DNA from: Fistulifera solaris
Taxonomy: Eukaryota
NCBI GenBank assembly: GCA_030295235.1
Contig: AP026144.1
Location: 1-64,000, forward strand
Length of the DNA stretch: 64,000 nt
Reading direction: 5' to 3'
Shown: in pieces, positions 10,022 through 21,983 of the stretch
Numbering within the stretch: position 1 is the stretch's first letter
Layout of the letters: each line of letters begins with the position of its first letter
Made by a program: the position numbers and the translations under genes
Notes under the pieces: model-generated
The model's input: only the letters and a program-made list of their open reading frames with translations
What the model was told of the DNA's origin: nothing
Databases searched by the model: none

Positions 10022-12602
10022 ATGCTCGGCTGGATCAATGATTGCGCTGAAAAGCTGATTATTCACAAGTTTGGATTAGAAGCGTGGCATACTGTCAAGT
10101 CCAAGGCGAAGTGCTACGTCGAGGATGGAGGATTCTTGAAACTCGAAAGCTATTCGGATCAGAGCACTATCGACCTCGTTGTTGCTGCAAGTGAAGTCTC
10201 CGGACTCACCGTTGATCAAGTCCTTGAAGCGTTGGGTGAGTTCTGGGCACCATATGTTGCTGGTGAAGGCTACGAAAATCTCCTTTGGTGTCAAGGATCG
10301 ACATTTAAAGACTGGTTGACGAACATTAACGCCATACATTCCCACCTACAAACGACATTTCCCAACAAGATGACGATGCCGGAGTTTTGGGTGGAGATGG
10401 ACGATCACGACGAATCAATTATCTTGTACTATTTGTCTTCAAGAGGAAATCTTCTCGCTCCCATCGCCGAGGGCATTGTTAAATCTGTGGCCAAGACTGA
10501 ATTCGAACTTAATATTATCTTCGAAAAACTGACAACTCAAGGAGTAGATGGTGCAAAGGTCACCAGGTACGTAATAAGTTGCCGAAACGAAGAACAGCAT
10601 CAACTTTAGCTCGATCTTACAACGCTTTACTTCCGTCCCGCACAACAGTTGGAGGATCACCACCGAGGATCCGCTCGACATGTACAAGCTTACGCAAAAG
10701 AAAAGTTGCTACGGAGAAATTCATCCCGTCTCTGAAATCAAATGTCCTTTTACCGGTGTCGTGTATACCACTCCTTCCGAATTCAATGTTGAAAGCCACG
10801 AGGAAAGTCGTCTCAAGACAGCCAATCTCGTGCCCCGTCACTGGAGTGACGTTTTCCGAGGAAGCCCGCGGCCCGATGCAGAGCTGTGAAATTAATACAT
10901 CTGCGGACTTGATGGCTGAAAAAGACTTCATGACCCACATTGAAGAGGAAGAAGACGAGCCCAAATTTTCGCGACGAACCTCTTTCAGTGACCAATCATT
11001 AAGCACGTCCGTCACAAAAAGCTATTCTTCAACAACTTCTGACCCGAATGGCGGATTGTCGGCAAGGGTTACCAAGAAATTGTTTCCCTACCACATTACG
11101 TTGGGCCCTGATTTGTGCATTCTTCAAGTCGGCAAAGCGCTTCCCAAACTGTTGAATGTGTACGAAGACGACCTTCTTGGGATGCCTGCATCGCAAATAT
11201 TTGAAATCCAAAAGCCTGCGGCAGCCGTCTGGAGTTCTAGTTGGCTTCGGAAACTGGAAGATCAGTCTTTGACAGTCAAGCCGACCATGTCAGCTGCTCA
11301 AAAGCTCGTATTCAAAGGCAGCGCAGTTCGTCTCAACGATCGAAAAGCAGCAGACTGGATCGTTATCCTGTGCCCAGATGCCAATAACTTGGACGAGCTG
11401 CGCGACATGGAGTTGACACTGAGCGATCTTCCCGTACACGGATCGCACCGCGATGCTGTGTTCCTCCGAGAGCACCTCAGTAGCCAAATGAACGATGCGT
11501 TGAAAATGGAAAAGCTTAGCAAGTCCTTGCAAAGGAAAAAAAGCTGCTCGAGTCGCTTCTTCCCGAGCACGCTGCCGAAGGCTTGCGAATGGGTCGCAGT
11601 GTAGAGCCGCGTCTTCACAACAATGTCACCGTCTTCTTCTCAGACATCGTGGGCTTTACAAATATTTGCGACCAGATCTTTCCGTGGGAGGTCATCAACA
11701 TGCTCAATCAGCTCTACTGCATCATGGATTGCTTAGCCATGAAGTTCAATTTATTCAAAGTGGAAACGATCGGAGACGCCTACGTCTGCTGCAGTGGCCT
11801 TCCGGATAGTGACGAAAACCATGCCCGCAACGTCGCCAATTTCGCTCTTGCCGTCAGTCATTGTTGCGGGCTAGTTAAGTCTCCTATGGACGGAAAGCCT
11901 ATTCAACTGCGTATCGGGATTCATTCCGGATCTTGCGCAAGTGGTGTAGTTGGTGTGACCAACCCACGTTATTGTGTTTTCGGTGACACTATCAACACTA
12001 CTGCTCGTCATGAAAGCACTGGCGAAGCAGGTAAGGTACACTGTTCTGAGGTGACTCGAAAGGAATTGGAAAGAAAAGCCCCCGAGCTGTTTGCTTTTGA
12101 AGACCGCGGTTTGATTGAAATGAAGGGCAAGGGTCAGCAAAACACCCACTGGTTGTACGCTTCCGAAATGAACGAGTTTGCCAACCAAACTGGCTTGAAA
12201 GCTCTGGTAGATCTCGTGAAGAAGGACTTAACAAAGATGGAATCGTTCAAAGCCGAAGATACGGTTCGCAGCGACACCCAGGACTTTCTTCATGGAAGTG
12301 AGTCTCCCCTTTATAGTCCCAGGAAGCACATCGTTCGACGAGTGTCAGCTACTCTCACTGAAACGTCGACGAACAGTGAGTCCTCCGATGGGAACGACGA
12401 TATGCATTCTCTCCGGATTGCTCCCGACTTGCTCGAAAAGAGTCCTTCAACGAAACACATTCATAGCGTTTCATTAGTTCACGACCTTTCCGAGAGGGAG
12501 GTCATTTCTCTCTTGTCTCCCCTCTCTCGAGCTGACGAGAAAGAACTTTTATTTCATGTGAAGTCTCGCTACCGAATCGTGGTTATAATAAACTTATCAT
12601 AA
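10022..12602 (+). CDS. Soluble guanylyl cyclase-like protein: H-NOX + HNOBA/PAS + class III cyclase
   Basis: MLGWIN start, proximal His (NAIHSHL), YxSxR (YLSSR), LFPYHI, FSDIVGFT, KVETIGDAY, PRYCVFGDTINT; intron 10567-10648; frameshifts near 10810-10830 and 11532. Confidence 0.92.
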
Positions 12603-12993
12603 ATTAGAGAATTGACCCATTATTGCGATAGATCATTTCTCCGTATTGGTGTTTTGTTGCCGACGAAAAGTATTGTGCGTCTCGTCGTTTTTACGGGACC
12701 GTATTAGCATTGAGTTTCATTCGATGTCCTAAGGACAAATTGCAACTGGCGAACCGCAGTACCGGTACTGGTACGGTACTTGTATAGGGGCATGAGGCAT
12801 GAGTGTGGAGGAGGAGTCTCTTTATTAGGGAGAGCTAGTAGTTATCGTTTGTGGTCTGTCCGTTGGTCGATAACTCTTTCGCATCGTTCATCGATCGCAA
12901 TAAAAACAATACTCCAGATTTGCGTATTATTGTAAGTCTTGTAGTCTAGCCTTACATTCTTTAATCGTATAAGCAAGCAACGAATGATAAAAC

Positions 12994-14673
12994 ATGCATT
13001 CCATACGAGCATTCAGTCATTTGCTCGCCTTTTTTCTCGTTGCTTATGGCTGGCAAGAAGGCTGGAGTTTTGCGCTAGTACCTTCGTCAGTCACCTCTAG
13101 TGCCCTCAACGGACGTCAATTTAAGTCTTTAGCACGCAGCAACACTATTTGTTGGGCAACACCCAAAAACGTTTCTTCTTCAACGTCGTCGTCATCTTCC
13201 TTGCCGGAAACTCCCCTGGCTCAGCCGCAGCAATCGCTAAAAGATGAAGTAAAAGCATCAACTGTATTACAGCAAAGAGACGCAAGAATTGCTAAACGAA
13301 TGCAATTGCAATGGTGCAATAATGGCTTTTGTCAAGATGTCCTTCGAGAAAAAGTTGTAGGAACGAGAAATCAAATTGTTCTTCGAGGTCCAGCGACAGG
13401 TCAGGTTGTTTATCACTGGCAATCGTTGACGCAAGAGACTCGAAACAACAACAAGAAAAGCGATTTGTATCAAGAGCAGACAGACACGGCCACTGTGATA
13501 AAAGACCCCTTTGTTTTGATACTCATTCGACCTGGTGATGATACTCTCATACAAGCAGCTGCCAAAGCGATTCAAGCGCTGAGCGAGTTTGGTGTGCAAG
13601 TCTTACTAGACCCGAGTACGGCCGCGCGTGTGAAGTATTACTTCGGTGTCGATAGTGACAATGTTCATCTCTTTGAAGCAACGTCAACGCCCGGTTTCGG
13701 TGATGATATTCGGGACGAGTCAGATACGGATACTATTCGTGATCACGATTCATACTTGTACGGTCAGTCACATCCTACTGGAAACCCTGTGGCTGCTCAC
13801 GCGCCGGATCTTATCTGCACACTCGGTGGTGATGGCTTGTTGATGCATGCTGGCATGATGTTTCAAGGCGCGGTACCGCCCATTTTGTGTGTTGCGGGTG
13901 GTAGTTTGGGATTCTTGACGCCGTTCCGACAAGATGAAATGGTGGAGGCTCTTTTGATTGCACTGGGACTGCAAACAAGTAGCAGTATTGCCGATCAAGA
14001 CAGTACCCCACTCATACTGCCCGATATCGATGTATTTCCACCGAATATGCCCACATATGCATATACTCCGAAAGAAGTCAACGGTGATCGCACTCGACCC
14101 AAGTTAAAGTTTGGACTCGGCAATCGCATCTACCTTTCGATTCGGATGCGATTGGAATGTGCGGTAGTGAGCAAGGATGGGTCCATCCGGTCCCGGTACA
14201 ACGTCCTTAATGAGGTGGTTGTAGATAGGGGAAGTAGTCCTTACCTTGCGGCGTTGGAGTGTTTTTGCGACGACTCTCATTTGACAACAGTCCAAGCCGA
14301 TGGAGTAATTTTCGCGACACCGACGGGCAGTACGGCGTATTCGCTCGCAGCCGGATCATCTGTGGTTCATCCGGCCGTGCCATGTATTCTACTAACTCCA
14401 ATATGCCCCCATGTATTGTCTTTTCGGTCTATGATTTTTCCCGATCATGTCATTTTGCGATGCTATGTACCAGAGGACGCGCGCGCTGGTGCGTCCGTCG
14501 CCTTTGACGGGAAACATCGACAAGAATTGCGCCGAGGCGAATCGCTCCAAGTCAAAATGAGCCCTTACCCCGTCCCTACGATCAACAGGGTAGATCAAAC
14601 CGCTGACTGGCTGGGTAACTTGAAAAGTAATTTCAATTTTAACGCCCGTCCACGTCAACGTCCTCTCCGTTGA
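12994..14673 (+). CDS. NAD kinase, probably plastid-targeted
   Basis: LGGDG, GSLGFL, LNEVV, ADGVIFATPTGSTAYSLAAG; signal peptide followed by WSFAL and a Ser-rich transit-like segment. Confidence 0.95.
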   Translation: MHSIRAFSHLLAFFLVAYGWQEGWSFALVPSSVTSSALNGRQFKSLARSNTICWATPKNVSSSTSSSSSLPETPLAQPQQSLKDEVKASTVLQQRDARIAKRMQLQWCNNGFCQDVLREKVVGTRNQIVLRGPATGQVVYHWQSLTQETRNNNKKSDLYQEQTDTATVIKDPFVLILIRPGDDTLIQAAAKAIQALSEFGVQVLLDPSTAARVKYYFGVDSDNVHLFEATSTPGFGDDIRDESDTDTIRDHDSYLYGQSHPTGNPVAAHAPDLICTLGGDGLLMHAGMMFQGAVPPILCVAGGSLGFLTPFRQDEMVEALLIALGLQTSSSIADQDSTPLILPDIDVFPPNMPTYAYTPKEVNGDRTRPKLKFGLGNRIYLSIRMRLECAVVSKDGSIRSRYNVLNEVVVDRGSSPYLAALECFCDDSHLTTVQADGVIFATPTGSTAYSLAAGSSVVHPAVPCILLTPICPHVLSFRSMIFPDHVILRCYVPEDARAGASVAFDGKHRQELRRGESLQVKMSPYPVPTINRVDQTADWLGNLKSNFNFNARPRQRPLR

Positions 14674-15081
14674 TGAATTTGAATGAAAAAGGAACGAAAT
14701 TACATTGAAGAAATGGTACGTGTCTCATAAGTGCGCTTTTATCGATCAGTTCCTATGATTCAGATTTTTATCGAGAGACCCTTTGCCGCTGCAGTTTGTC
14801 TAGCATGTCTAGATGAACGTGATAGTGTCGAGGATCCGGTCCAGAAATTGTTGCTTCGCTCTGTGGATAGAGCCTATTCTGTTGCACAACGGAAGGACTG
14901 GAGCGACTTGTGATTACACGAGTCGGTTGATGTATCGTAATGGATTATGAGATATGAGGGATGCTTGCTACCTTAATGTTCGTCTATGTCTTTTTGAGGC
15001 ACTTGATCTCACACTTTATAAGTGACTTGTCTCTTTGCAGTCCAAGCAAGTGCACTTGTGAGCTCACAAGGAGTTATCGCA

Positions 15082-17277
15082 TTAAACGGAGCGCTTATGA
15101 TAATCATCCAAATCGATTACTAGCAGGCCTTCATGGAACGGAATGGCGCCTTCCGACAACAGATTTCCCGTTTTTGTGCTGACTATAATATACCGTTCAT
15201 TACACGTCATTTTCAAGCTTTCATAATCTTCAATGCCTCCCAAAGCGGCGTGTCGAATGCGATTGACAAACCGGACACGGGGACTCGTCCCGGGTGCACT
15301 CAAATCAAATACACCCCCATCGAGCTGTTTTCCTGTGAAGCACTCCTGATGAACCGGATGATCGATTAACGCTATGATTTCGTACACCAGTATAATCAGT
15401 GAAATATGATCCTGACCAAACACAATCAAACGCCTTCCGTCGTAGTGAATTTGGGGAGTGCGTTGCGTGGAGAGGGGAAGGTGAATCATGGTGCGAGTTT
15501 GGAATTGCCGATTTTGCGTCTCGTTGTGAATCCCATAATGCCACACGAGAAGCGTACTACCGTGAATTTGGCTTTTATGGACCGTGCAAAAACCGCGTTC
15601 TTCGATAGATACACTCTTGGGTGGGTGAATCGACTGAATCGGTGATTCGGTAGCAAACGGCACGACGTCATTGAGCCCTATTTCTTGGACGAGGACAGGA
15701 GTTGCTGGCGTTGTACACACACTCCACAGCATGAGTCGAGCTGGAAGAGTTGCTACAATCAGGTAATTCCCCGAGGCACAGATGCCCAGTGCCGAAACCC
15801 GACTTTGACATTCGATGATAAACTTGGCAGCTGGAAAATACCGACTAGGATCGACAATGCCATCGGAGTCACTCTGGGACGAGGCAGAATACTCCACCAT
15901 AGGATATACAAGCACCTGCGAATTTCCCAGAGGTTGATTCCAGTGTCGAATGAGGTGATCGCCATTCGGCATAGACGGATTGAGATACACCAGTTTATTA
16001 TTGGCGCACAATTCGACCCACTGAAAATCTCCTCGCACACGACAAATCCATTGCGAGAGCGTTTGATTCTCTTTCCGGAACCATGACATGATTTCAAAAC
16101 ATTCTAACATCGATTCATCATGATTAAGACGTTCGGTATAAAGCGCCCGTCCGACTGACAACATAGTGGTACTACCCATCGATTCGTTCTCACCGTCTAC
16201 AGTAAGCAAGACGGGCTTCGCATCCAAACCAATGTGTGCGATTTCAACCTGTACTTCACCGGACTCATCTTGCTCATCCATGGGAAAGAAACGTCGGTGT
16301 CCATTTTGTTGTAGTCGCGAAGCATGCGTCCAAAAGTAGTTCATCCAATCCACGTCCAACATAGGATCATCGTGAGAGATGAGGACATGCTGCGGATCTT
16401 TGTGATACTTGCTGTTGTAAAGGGAATGATTACGTCGTACTCTATCTTCAAACGCGACTGCTGCTAATTCAATTCGTTCATCTTCTTCCTGTTCTGGTGT
16501 CCACATGTTACTGCTGGTCGTCGCAGTTAGAGGATGAATCAAAGTAGAAAGTGGAGGCGAATGAAGAGGCGTTGAGTGAGTGCTCGTCATCGATGATGAT
16601 AACGATGACGACAAGAAAAATGTCTGGTCGCTGCTATACAGCAAGCCAGCACTTTGTGAGATAATGCAACCGGCCGCCTGTTGCATGGCCTGTTCCATCA
16701 TTCCTTCGTCGGAATGAACGGCATTGTCGAGTACCGATGCATAGAGGGACAGACTGTGCGTGAAGGGATTGAGTAATAAAAATTCACTCCCTGTCGCCGT
16801 GGAAGTAAGTACAAATGAATCACATGCAAAATTGACCGGTGGGGGATCGTTCCACCATATAGTCTCAGGCTCACCAGCATTATCATCGGGTAAAATAGGA
16901 AGAAAACTGAAGAGCCGATTGGAAAACGACAAACTGCTGCCGGTGCTACGACGACGAAGATGACGACCCCACAGCATCTTTTGCAGCAAAGTACGATATT
17001 GCAGCTCCTGCAAAATCGTCTCAACGGAACCGTCGTGAGGAAAGTCTTGAAGAGAGAAACCTTGTTGACGAAAGAAATTTCCCCAGACGTGTTTGAGGGA
17101 CGGCAATGTCAACCGTAACTTCCAAGACGAGTTGATCAATTCTTTCCACCGTATTGCGGAAGAGAGGTCCAAGTAAGAAAGAACAATGGCTAACAAGTCT
17201 TCTCCCAAGTCTTGGAGAGAGAGCAAAGAGTCATTGCCGTTGCTGATGCAGGGCGAAGAAAAATTGTCTTCTGTCAT
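15082..17277 (-). CDS. Hypothetical protein with N-terminal F-box-like motif and possible beta-propeller C-terminus
   Basis: 731-aa ORF; LQDLGEDLLAIVLSYLDLSS F-box pattern; beta-strand-rich C-terminal half. Confidence 0.65.
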   Translation of the reverse strand: MTEDNFSSPCISNGNDSLLSLQDLGEDLLAIVLSYLDLSSAIRWKELINSSWKLRLTLPSLKHVWGNFFRQQGFSLQDFPHDGSVETILQELQYRTLLQKMLWGRHLRRRSTGSSLSFSNRLFSFLPILPDDNAGEPETIWWNDPPPVNFACDSFVLTSTATGSEFLLLNPFTHSLSLYASVLDNAVHSDEGMMEQAMQQAAGCIISQSAGLLYSSDQTFFLSSSLSSSMTSTHSTPLHSPPLSTLIHPLTATTSSNMWTPEQEEDERIELAAVAFEDRVRRNHSLYNSKYHKDPQHVLISHDDPMLDVDWMNYFWTHASRLQQNGHRRFFPMDEQDESGEVQVEIAHIGLDAKPVLLTVDGENESMGSTTMLSVGRALYTERLNHDESMLECFEIMSWFRKENQTLSQWICRVRGDFQWVELCANNKLVYLNPSMPNGDHLIRHWNQPLGNSQVLVYPMVEYSASSQSDSDGIVDPSRYFPAAKFIIECQSRVSALGICASGNYLIVATLPARLMLWSVCTTPATPVLVQEIGLNDVVPFATESPIQSIHPPKSVSIEERGFCTVHKSQIHGSTLLVWHYGIHNETQNRQFQTRTMIHLPLSTQRTPQIHYDGRRLIVFGQDHISLIILVYEIIALIDHPVHQECFTGKQLDGGVFDLSAPGTSPRVRFVNRIRHAALGGIEDYESLKMTCNERYIIVSTKTGNLLSEGAIPFHEGLLVIDLDDYHKRSV

Positions 17278-17630
17278 TCTCTATAACCGTAATAACCTTT
17301 GCAGTGGCCACAGTGTAATATTGCGTCGGTCTGCTGTGCAAAGAATATTTTAATGAAGGAAACAGCGAAAAGCGACAATACTTGAGAAGAAACTTTCTTG
17401 AATTAATAAGAATGTTGTTGACGTTTGTTGAAAATAAAAAATAAAATTGTGTGTTCTCATGTTCTTTTTCTCGTGTGTGTGAGAACGCGAGACGCGAGGA
17501 GACATCGCTCCAAAGAATCTCCAATGTCGCTGCGGCAACCACAGACAATCCGAAAATTATTACCAGTACCAGTATTGCTCCTTTTCGTTTTGTTGAAATA
17601 ATGGGGGCATGGGGCATGGGGATATGGGTG

Positions 17631-18286
17631 AAACGGGTGTGACTAAGTAACGATTAATTTTACTCAAAGACTGGGTACCGATGCGCATGAGTGAGAGACG
17701 AGCTAGGATGATCATGAATCATTTGATAAATCCCGTGTAGAAAAAATAATAGTGTGTGGTGGGTGGTGGCGTGTGGTGTGTGCGGTGTGCGGGGGAAAGG
17801 ATTTCATCTTTCATCGACAAAAATTCGCTTTTTGTGTGTGAAAAGAGTGTAAATAAATGACGACTCCTCTTGGCGGGTCATCTCCTACTACAATTTTTCT
17901 GATATATTCTGGTGGACCTTTTGGACCGTCCGTCGTTGAACTTACTTAGGAAGAAAGACATTCCTAAGCGACATGCCATCCTCCAAAACTTCTTGGATAC
18001 AGCCAATCAGAACTCAGAACGCTTTGATCCACGTTTCCAGAAAATGTGGAGACGTCGTGTTTTCACGTCTCCAGAAAATAATGTGGACACGTGGGGTTTT
18101 CACGGGTCCAGAAAATGTGGACTCGAGATCTTTTACGTGTCCAGATAATGTGGACTCGAGATCTTTTACGTGTCCAGAAAATAATGTGGACACGTGGGTA
18201 AACGGGTGTGACTATGTAACGATTAATTTTACTTAAAGACTGGGTACCGATGCGCATGAGTGAGAGACGAGCTAGGATGGTCATGA
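17631..18286 (+). repeat. 87-bp direct repeat (17631-17717 and 18200-18286)
   Basis: AAACGGGTGTGACTA...GAGCTAGGATG.TCATGA twice, 3 mismatches. Confidence 0.93.
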
Positions 18287-18497
18287 GGTGTTTCCACGTG
18301 TCCAGATAATGTGGACACGAGATCTTTTACGTTTCCAGAAAATGTGGAGACGCGATCTTTTTACCTGTCCAGAAAATGTGGACACGAGATCTTTTACCTG
18401 TTCAGAAAATGTGGAGACGCGATCTTTTTACCTGTCCAGAAAATGTGGAGACGCGATCTTTTTACCTGTTCAGAAAATGTGAAGATATCTTTTTACG
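18030..18497. repeat. 33-37 bp minisatellite, about 11 units, each with an internal inverted repeat
   Basis: Unit approximately CCAGAAAATGTGGA(C/G)ACG(A/C)GATCTTTTACGTGT; interrupted by the 87-bp insert. Confidence 0.92.
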
Positions 18498-18823
18498 AGT
18501 ACTTGTACCATAGGTATTAATGAAAGATAAGGCGACGTAGGATGAATGAACTTCTTTTCGTCGCGCCTACAAAGTACTCGCGCACGCAAATGGAGAAACA
18601 CCGCATCATCGCATCGTCCCATTTACTCTGTTTCTGTTGTATCTATTTTGCTTTACAATGCTCATTTAAAAAAAAACGGAAAGCCTCTAGTAGTCTGGTT
18701 GGATGCTAATGCGGAATCCAATCTCTTAATTGCTGTGTTTATAATTGTAATTGTTATCGCGAAACTGACAACAAAGCTAAAACCGCTCTCATCTTACAAT
18801 ACTCGCAATCTGCTAACAATAAC

Positions 18824-19579
18824 ATGCTAGAGGAGGAGGAAGAAAACGAACTTATACAATCACTCCTGCGAGACCAGTCTATTTCTTTTGATTCACCAGA
18901 CGGCATCACGATCCTTCGAACTCACGTGAGACAAAGAGAAACATGGGATTGCGGTATTTCCTGTCTGGAAATGATTCTTTCTAATGACGGCAATAACTCA
19001 GAGCTTTATAGTGCTTTACTAGATCGAATAGGAAAGAGCACACAATCAATATGGACGGCAGATCTGGTGTGGTGTTTCTATCATCAATACAACAACATTG
19101 ATAAAGAACGACATCGCTGTTGTTTGTTTATGACAAAGTCGCTGTGGCCGAATCAGGAATGGGAACAATTAGATTACTATCAACAAGCGTATGCGAGCGA
19201 TTCGCAGCGTGTGACATATCGTGTTCACGAAATGCAGCAGCAGCAACATTCACGAAATCATGTGTTGTTGTGTCCTCGGACTGAATCCTTATCTATAAGA
19301 GTTGTTAAAGACTTGGTGAAACGCGAGGACTGTGTCGCCATGGCGTTGGTAGATCATACTTTGCTGTTGAGCCAACCGCTCGCCCGCACCGGACATTATG
19401 TTGGGCATTACATTGTGCTGACAGGAGTGCTTCCGAACAATATGCTGGTAGTCCACAATCCAGCCTTGGATGACGGGCCGACTTACGTCTCGCTTGAGAT
19501 CTTTGAACAAGCTTGGAGAGCACAGGGGACAGACGAAGATATTGTCTTTTTCTTTACTCAACAACAGCGTGCACATTGA
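18824..19579 (+). CDS. GUCD1: GUCD1-like protein (Guanylate_cyc_2 family, C39-peptidase-like fold)
   Basis: HVRQRETWDCGISC, SIWTADL, YVGHYIVL, AWRAQGTDED. Confidence 0.85.
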   Translation: MLEEEEENELIQSLLRDQSISFDSPDGITILRTHVRQRETWDCGISCLEMILSNDGNNSELYSALLDRIGKSTQSIWTADLVWCFYHQYNNIDKERHRCCLFMTKSLWPNQEWEQLDYYQQAYASDSQRVTYRVHEMQQQQHSRNHVLLCPRTESLSIRVVKDLVKREDCVAMALVDHTLLLSQPLARTGHYVGHYIVLTGVLPNNMLVVHNPALDDGPTYVSLEIFEQAWRAQGTDEDIVFFFTQQQRAH

Positions 19580-19589
19580 GCACGCATTT

Positions 19590-21983
19590 TCAATATTCAC
19601 AAAGGAGCACGTCGGGCACTGACGGCGGAAATCGTCCTAATTTCCAAATTACTTCGCGGCGTTGATACACCAGACTTTCTCGCAATAAAGAACTCACCGA
19701 TGTCATTAAACCCTCGCGGGGTCCGGCAAAGGCTGACCATGTGGGATCGCGTGACAGTTGCAACAGATCGGGTAACATTATTGCTTGTACTTCAATGATC
19801 GTGCAAGTGGGAAAATAATTCGAAATAACTTTCACCTGATCCGAGTCGCCTTGTGCTTGTAAGAAAGTTATTTGGCACGCGTCAGTTGCGTTCGAGAGGA
19901 CCGGCTCCAAACAACGACTAGTCTCCTGCAAAATGAACGTCATATGTCCATGCAAGTCCCCGGTGTCGTACCACAACACTCTTATCCCTTGAGGATCCGG
20001 AGACAAAGTGGTCTCAAAGGTTGATCGCAACTGGATGCTCTCATGCAACAATGCACCGTATAAAAAGTTTGTTCCTTCTTTGTACAGCATGTCGAGAAGT
20101 TCGCTAGGGGCTGTTATGACCGAAGAATTCTTCTTTGCTAATAGAGTTTTCAATTCATGTTTGGCAAGTGAAGTAAATGACGTTCGGTTTGGTTTTAAAG
20201 AATTGCCACTCAGCTCACGCACAGGAAAAGATTCTTTCCATTCGTCGTATGATGGCAGCCACTCTTGAACAGAAATCGCAGGCCGACTGCAGATTGTCGT
20301 TTTGTTGGTGTATTTCACTAATAGGGTTCGGTTTGTTGCGATAGCAAGAAGAAAATCTGACAGTTCAAACGAAGGCAAGCACGGATGGCTTCTTAGAGGG
20401 GCTTGGAAAGAAGGAGAATGAGATCGAGCGATTATCAATTACGTACCATGAAGGAATGAACGCAGTTTCTCTTCAATAGAATCGTCCTCTAAAGAACACG
20501 GCAAATACCCTATAAGATAGGACTGATTTGAAGGATTTTCCAACTTTTTCAAGGCATCGTCAGAATGTTCCGACTTGTATTGCTGTAAAACTTGTACCGG
20601 CTCCAGCAGCTGATTGTGCCAATGGGCAATAAAACGGGGCGTCCCGGGACCATAGTTGTAGCCTTTGCCATAACGACCCGGCAGTTGACAGAAGGGGATC
20701 GTTTCCGGACTATCTCGGCCCCATCTCCAGTCATCAATCCTACGGTCATAATCCACAATTTCTTGAAGCAGCATAAACGAACTTCTACCAGGATCGCCTA
20801 CGAGTGCCGACCGCGCCTGACTGACCAAAGCCAAATCTCGAATGAAACCAACTCCTGGATTGGGTCCGTGCTCATCGCGAAACAGCAAGGGCGAAGACGC
20901 CATGGACGCATAGTCGTCGTTACTGACGCCGGTGCAATTGCGGTCTTCCAGCCACTCTTTTAGTAAATGCACAGTCGACGGTCTGTCGGACATGAGATAA
21001 ACGATACACTTCGCCGACTGTGTCCGATTGAGGAGCAAAGTCTCGAGACACCTGGTTTCATCGGTAATAAACGACCCATCATCTCCGACCACAGTGTGAC
21101 GACTATGCAAGGCCACTGTGAAATCATCTGCTTCTGTCTGGAACGAGACAGGGGCGTGTATCGTAAAGAATTCACGAAACAGCATGCCTTTGTTACGCGC
21201 GCAAATAGACTTCGGTGTGAGGACGACTACGTCTGAATGATCCCTTCCTTTTCAAAACTTACCTAGCAAGTAATCAATTCCGTAACGATAGAGCCTACCC
21301 GTCCTTCGAATTGCCGCATCATCCATAGCCATAATGTATTGTCGATGATTTCGTTTGTGCATAGGATCATCTCGCCAATCGACTCGAAAGAATTGCTTGT
21401 GTCGTGACATTTGATCGGGAATCATGGGAAACACCACAGTTTGATATTGCTGATATTCCTGTATTCGCAATGGATCCATTTCAATCGGAATTGGCTCGGT
21501 CAAATTCAATCGCGGCGCCCATTCGTCCCAACTTGGCAACCATCTAGCTCTTTGTAAAATCTTCTGACATTCGTGTACAGTATTGGGGTCGGAAAAATCC
21601 GTATCGTACTTCCATAATATGGTACGATTGTGAATAATGGCCCAGATAGCCGTATTGAACATGCTGTGTAAAATATTTCCAGCTCGATTGGGGCAGTAAT
21701 AATAAATGAGTGCGTATTGTCGATGGTTGTTGTCGGTTAGCGTCCTCTCAGAGTGCCATTGAATGTACTGCTCGAGTACTTGATCGGGTAAGAAGGGTGG
21801 TCTGATTCTTTCTTGCGTAAGGACTGCTTCTGTTTCGTTGACAACTTTCGAATCGCTCTTGACATTTTTCTGAGTATTCGTATCGATCATAATTTGTTTC
21901 GTTAATTCACGATGGTCTACCACGACAAGAAAAATTGTCAAGGCAACGATACATTGTGAAAAGAGAAGACTCGCTCGTCCCAT
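19590..21983 (-). CDS. Type II membrane fucosyltransferase-like (GT-B) protein with internal duplication, two introns
   Basis: N-terminal TM; CPNRAGN...AIIHNRT, VALHSR, YLMSD, SSF motifs; GTAAGT and GTACGT donors near 21262 and 20446. Confidence 0.65.

Noticed and set aside
5828..11540. Programmed ribosomal frameshifting
   Set aside because: Shifts go in both directions, lie in homopolymers and share no slippery or stimulatory element; assembly error is simpler
18030..18497. CRISPR-like array of palindromic repeats of about 35 bp
   Set aside because: No unique spacers, no cas genes, eukaryotic context
18824..19579. Second guanylyl cyclase forming a cGMP cluster
   Set aside because: The GUCD1 family name is historical; the motifs are C39-peptidase-like and no class III cyclase motifs are present
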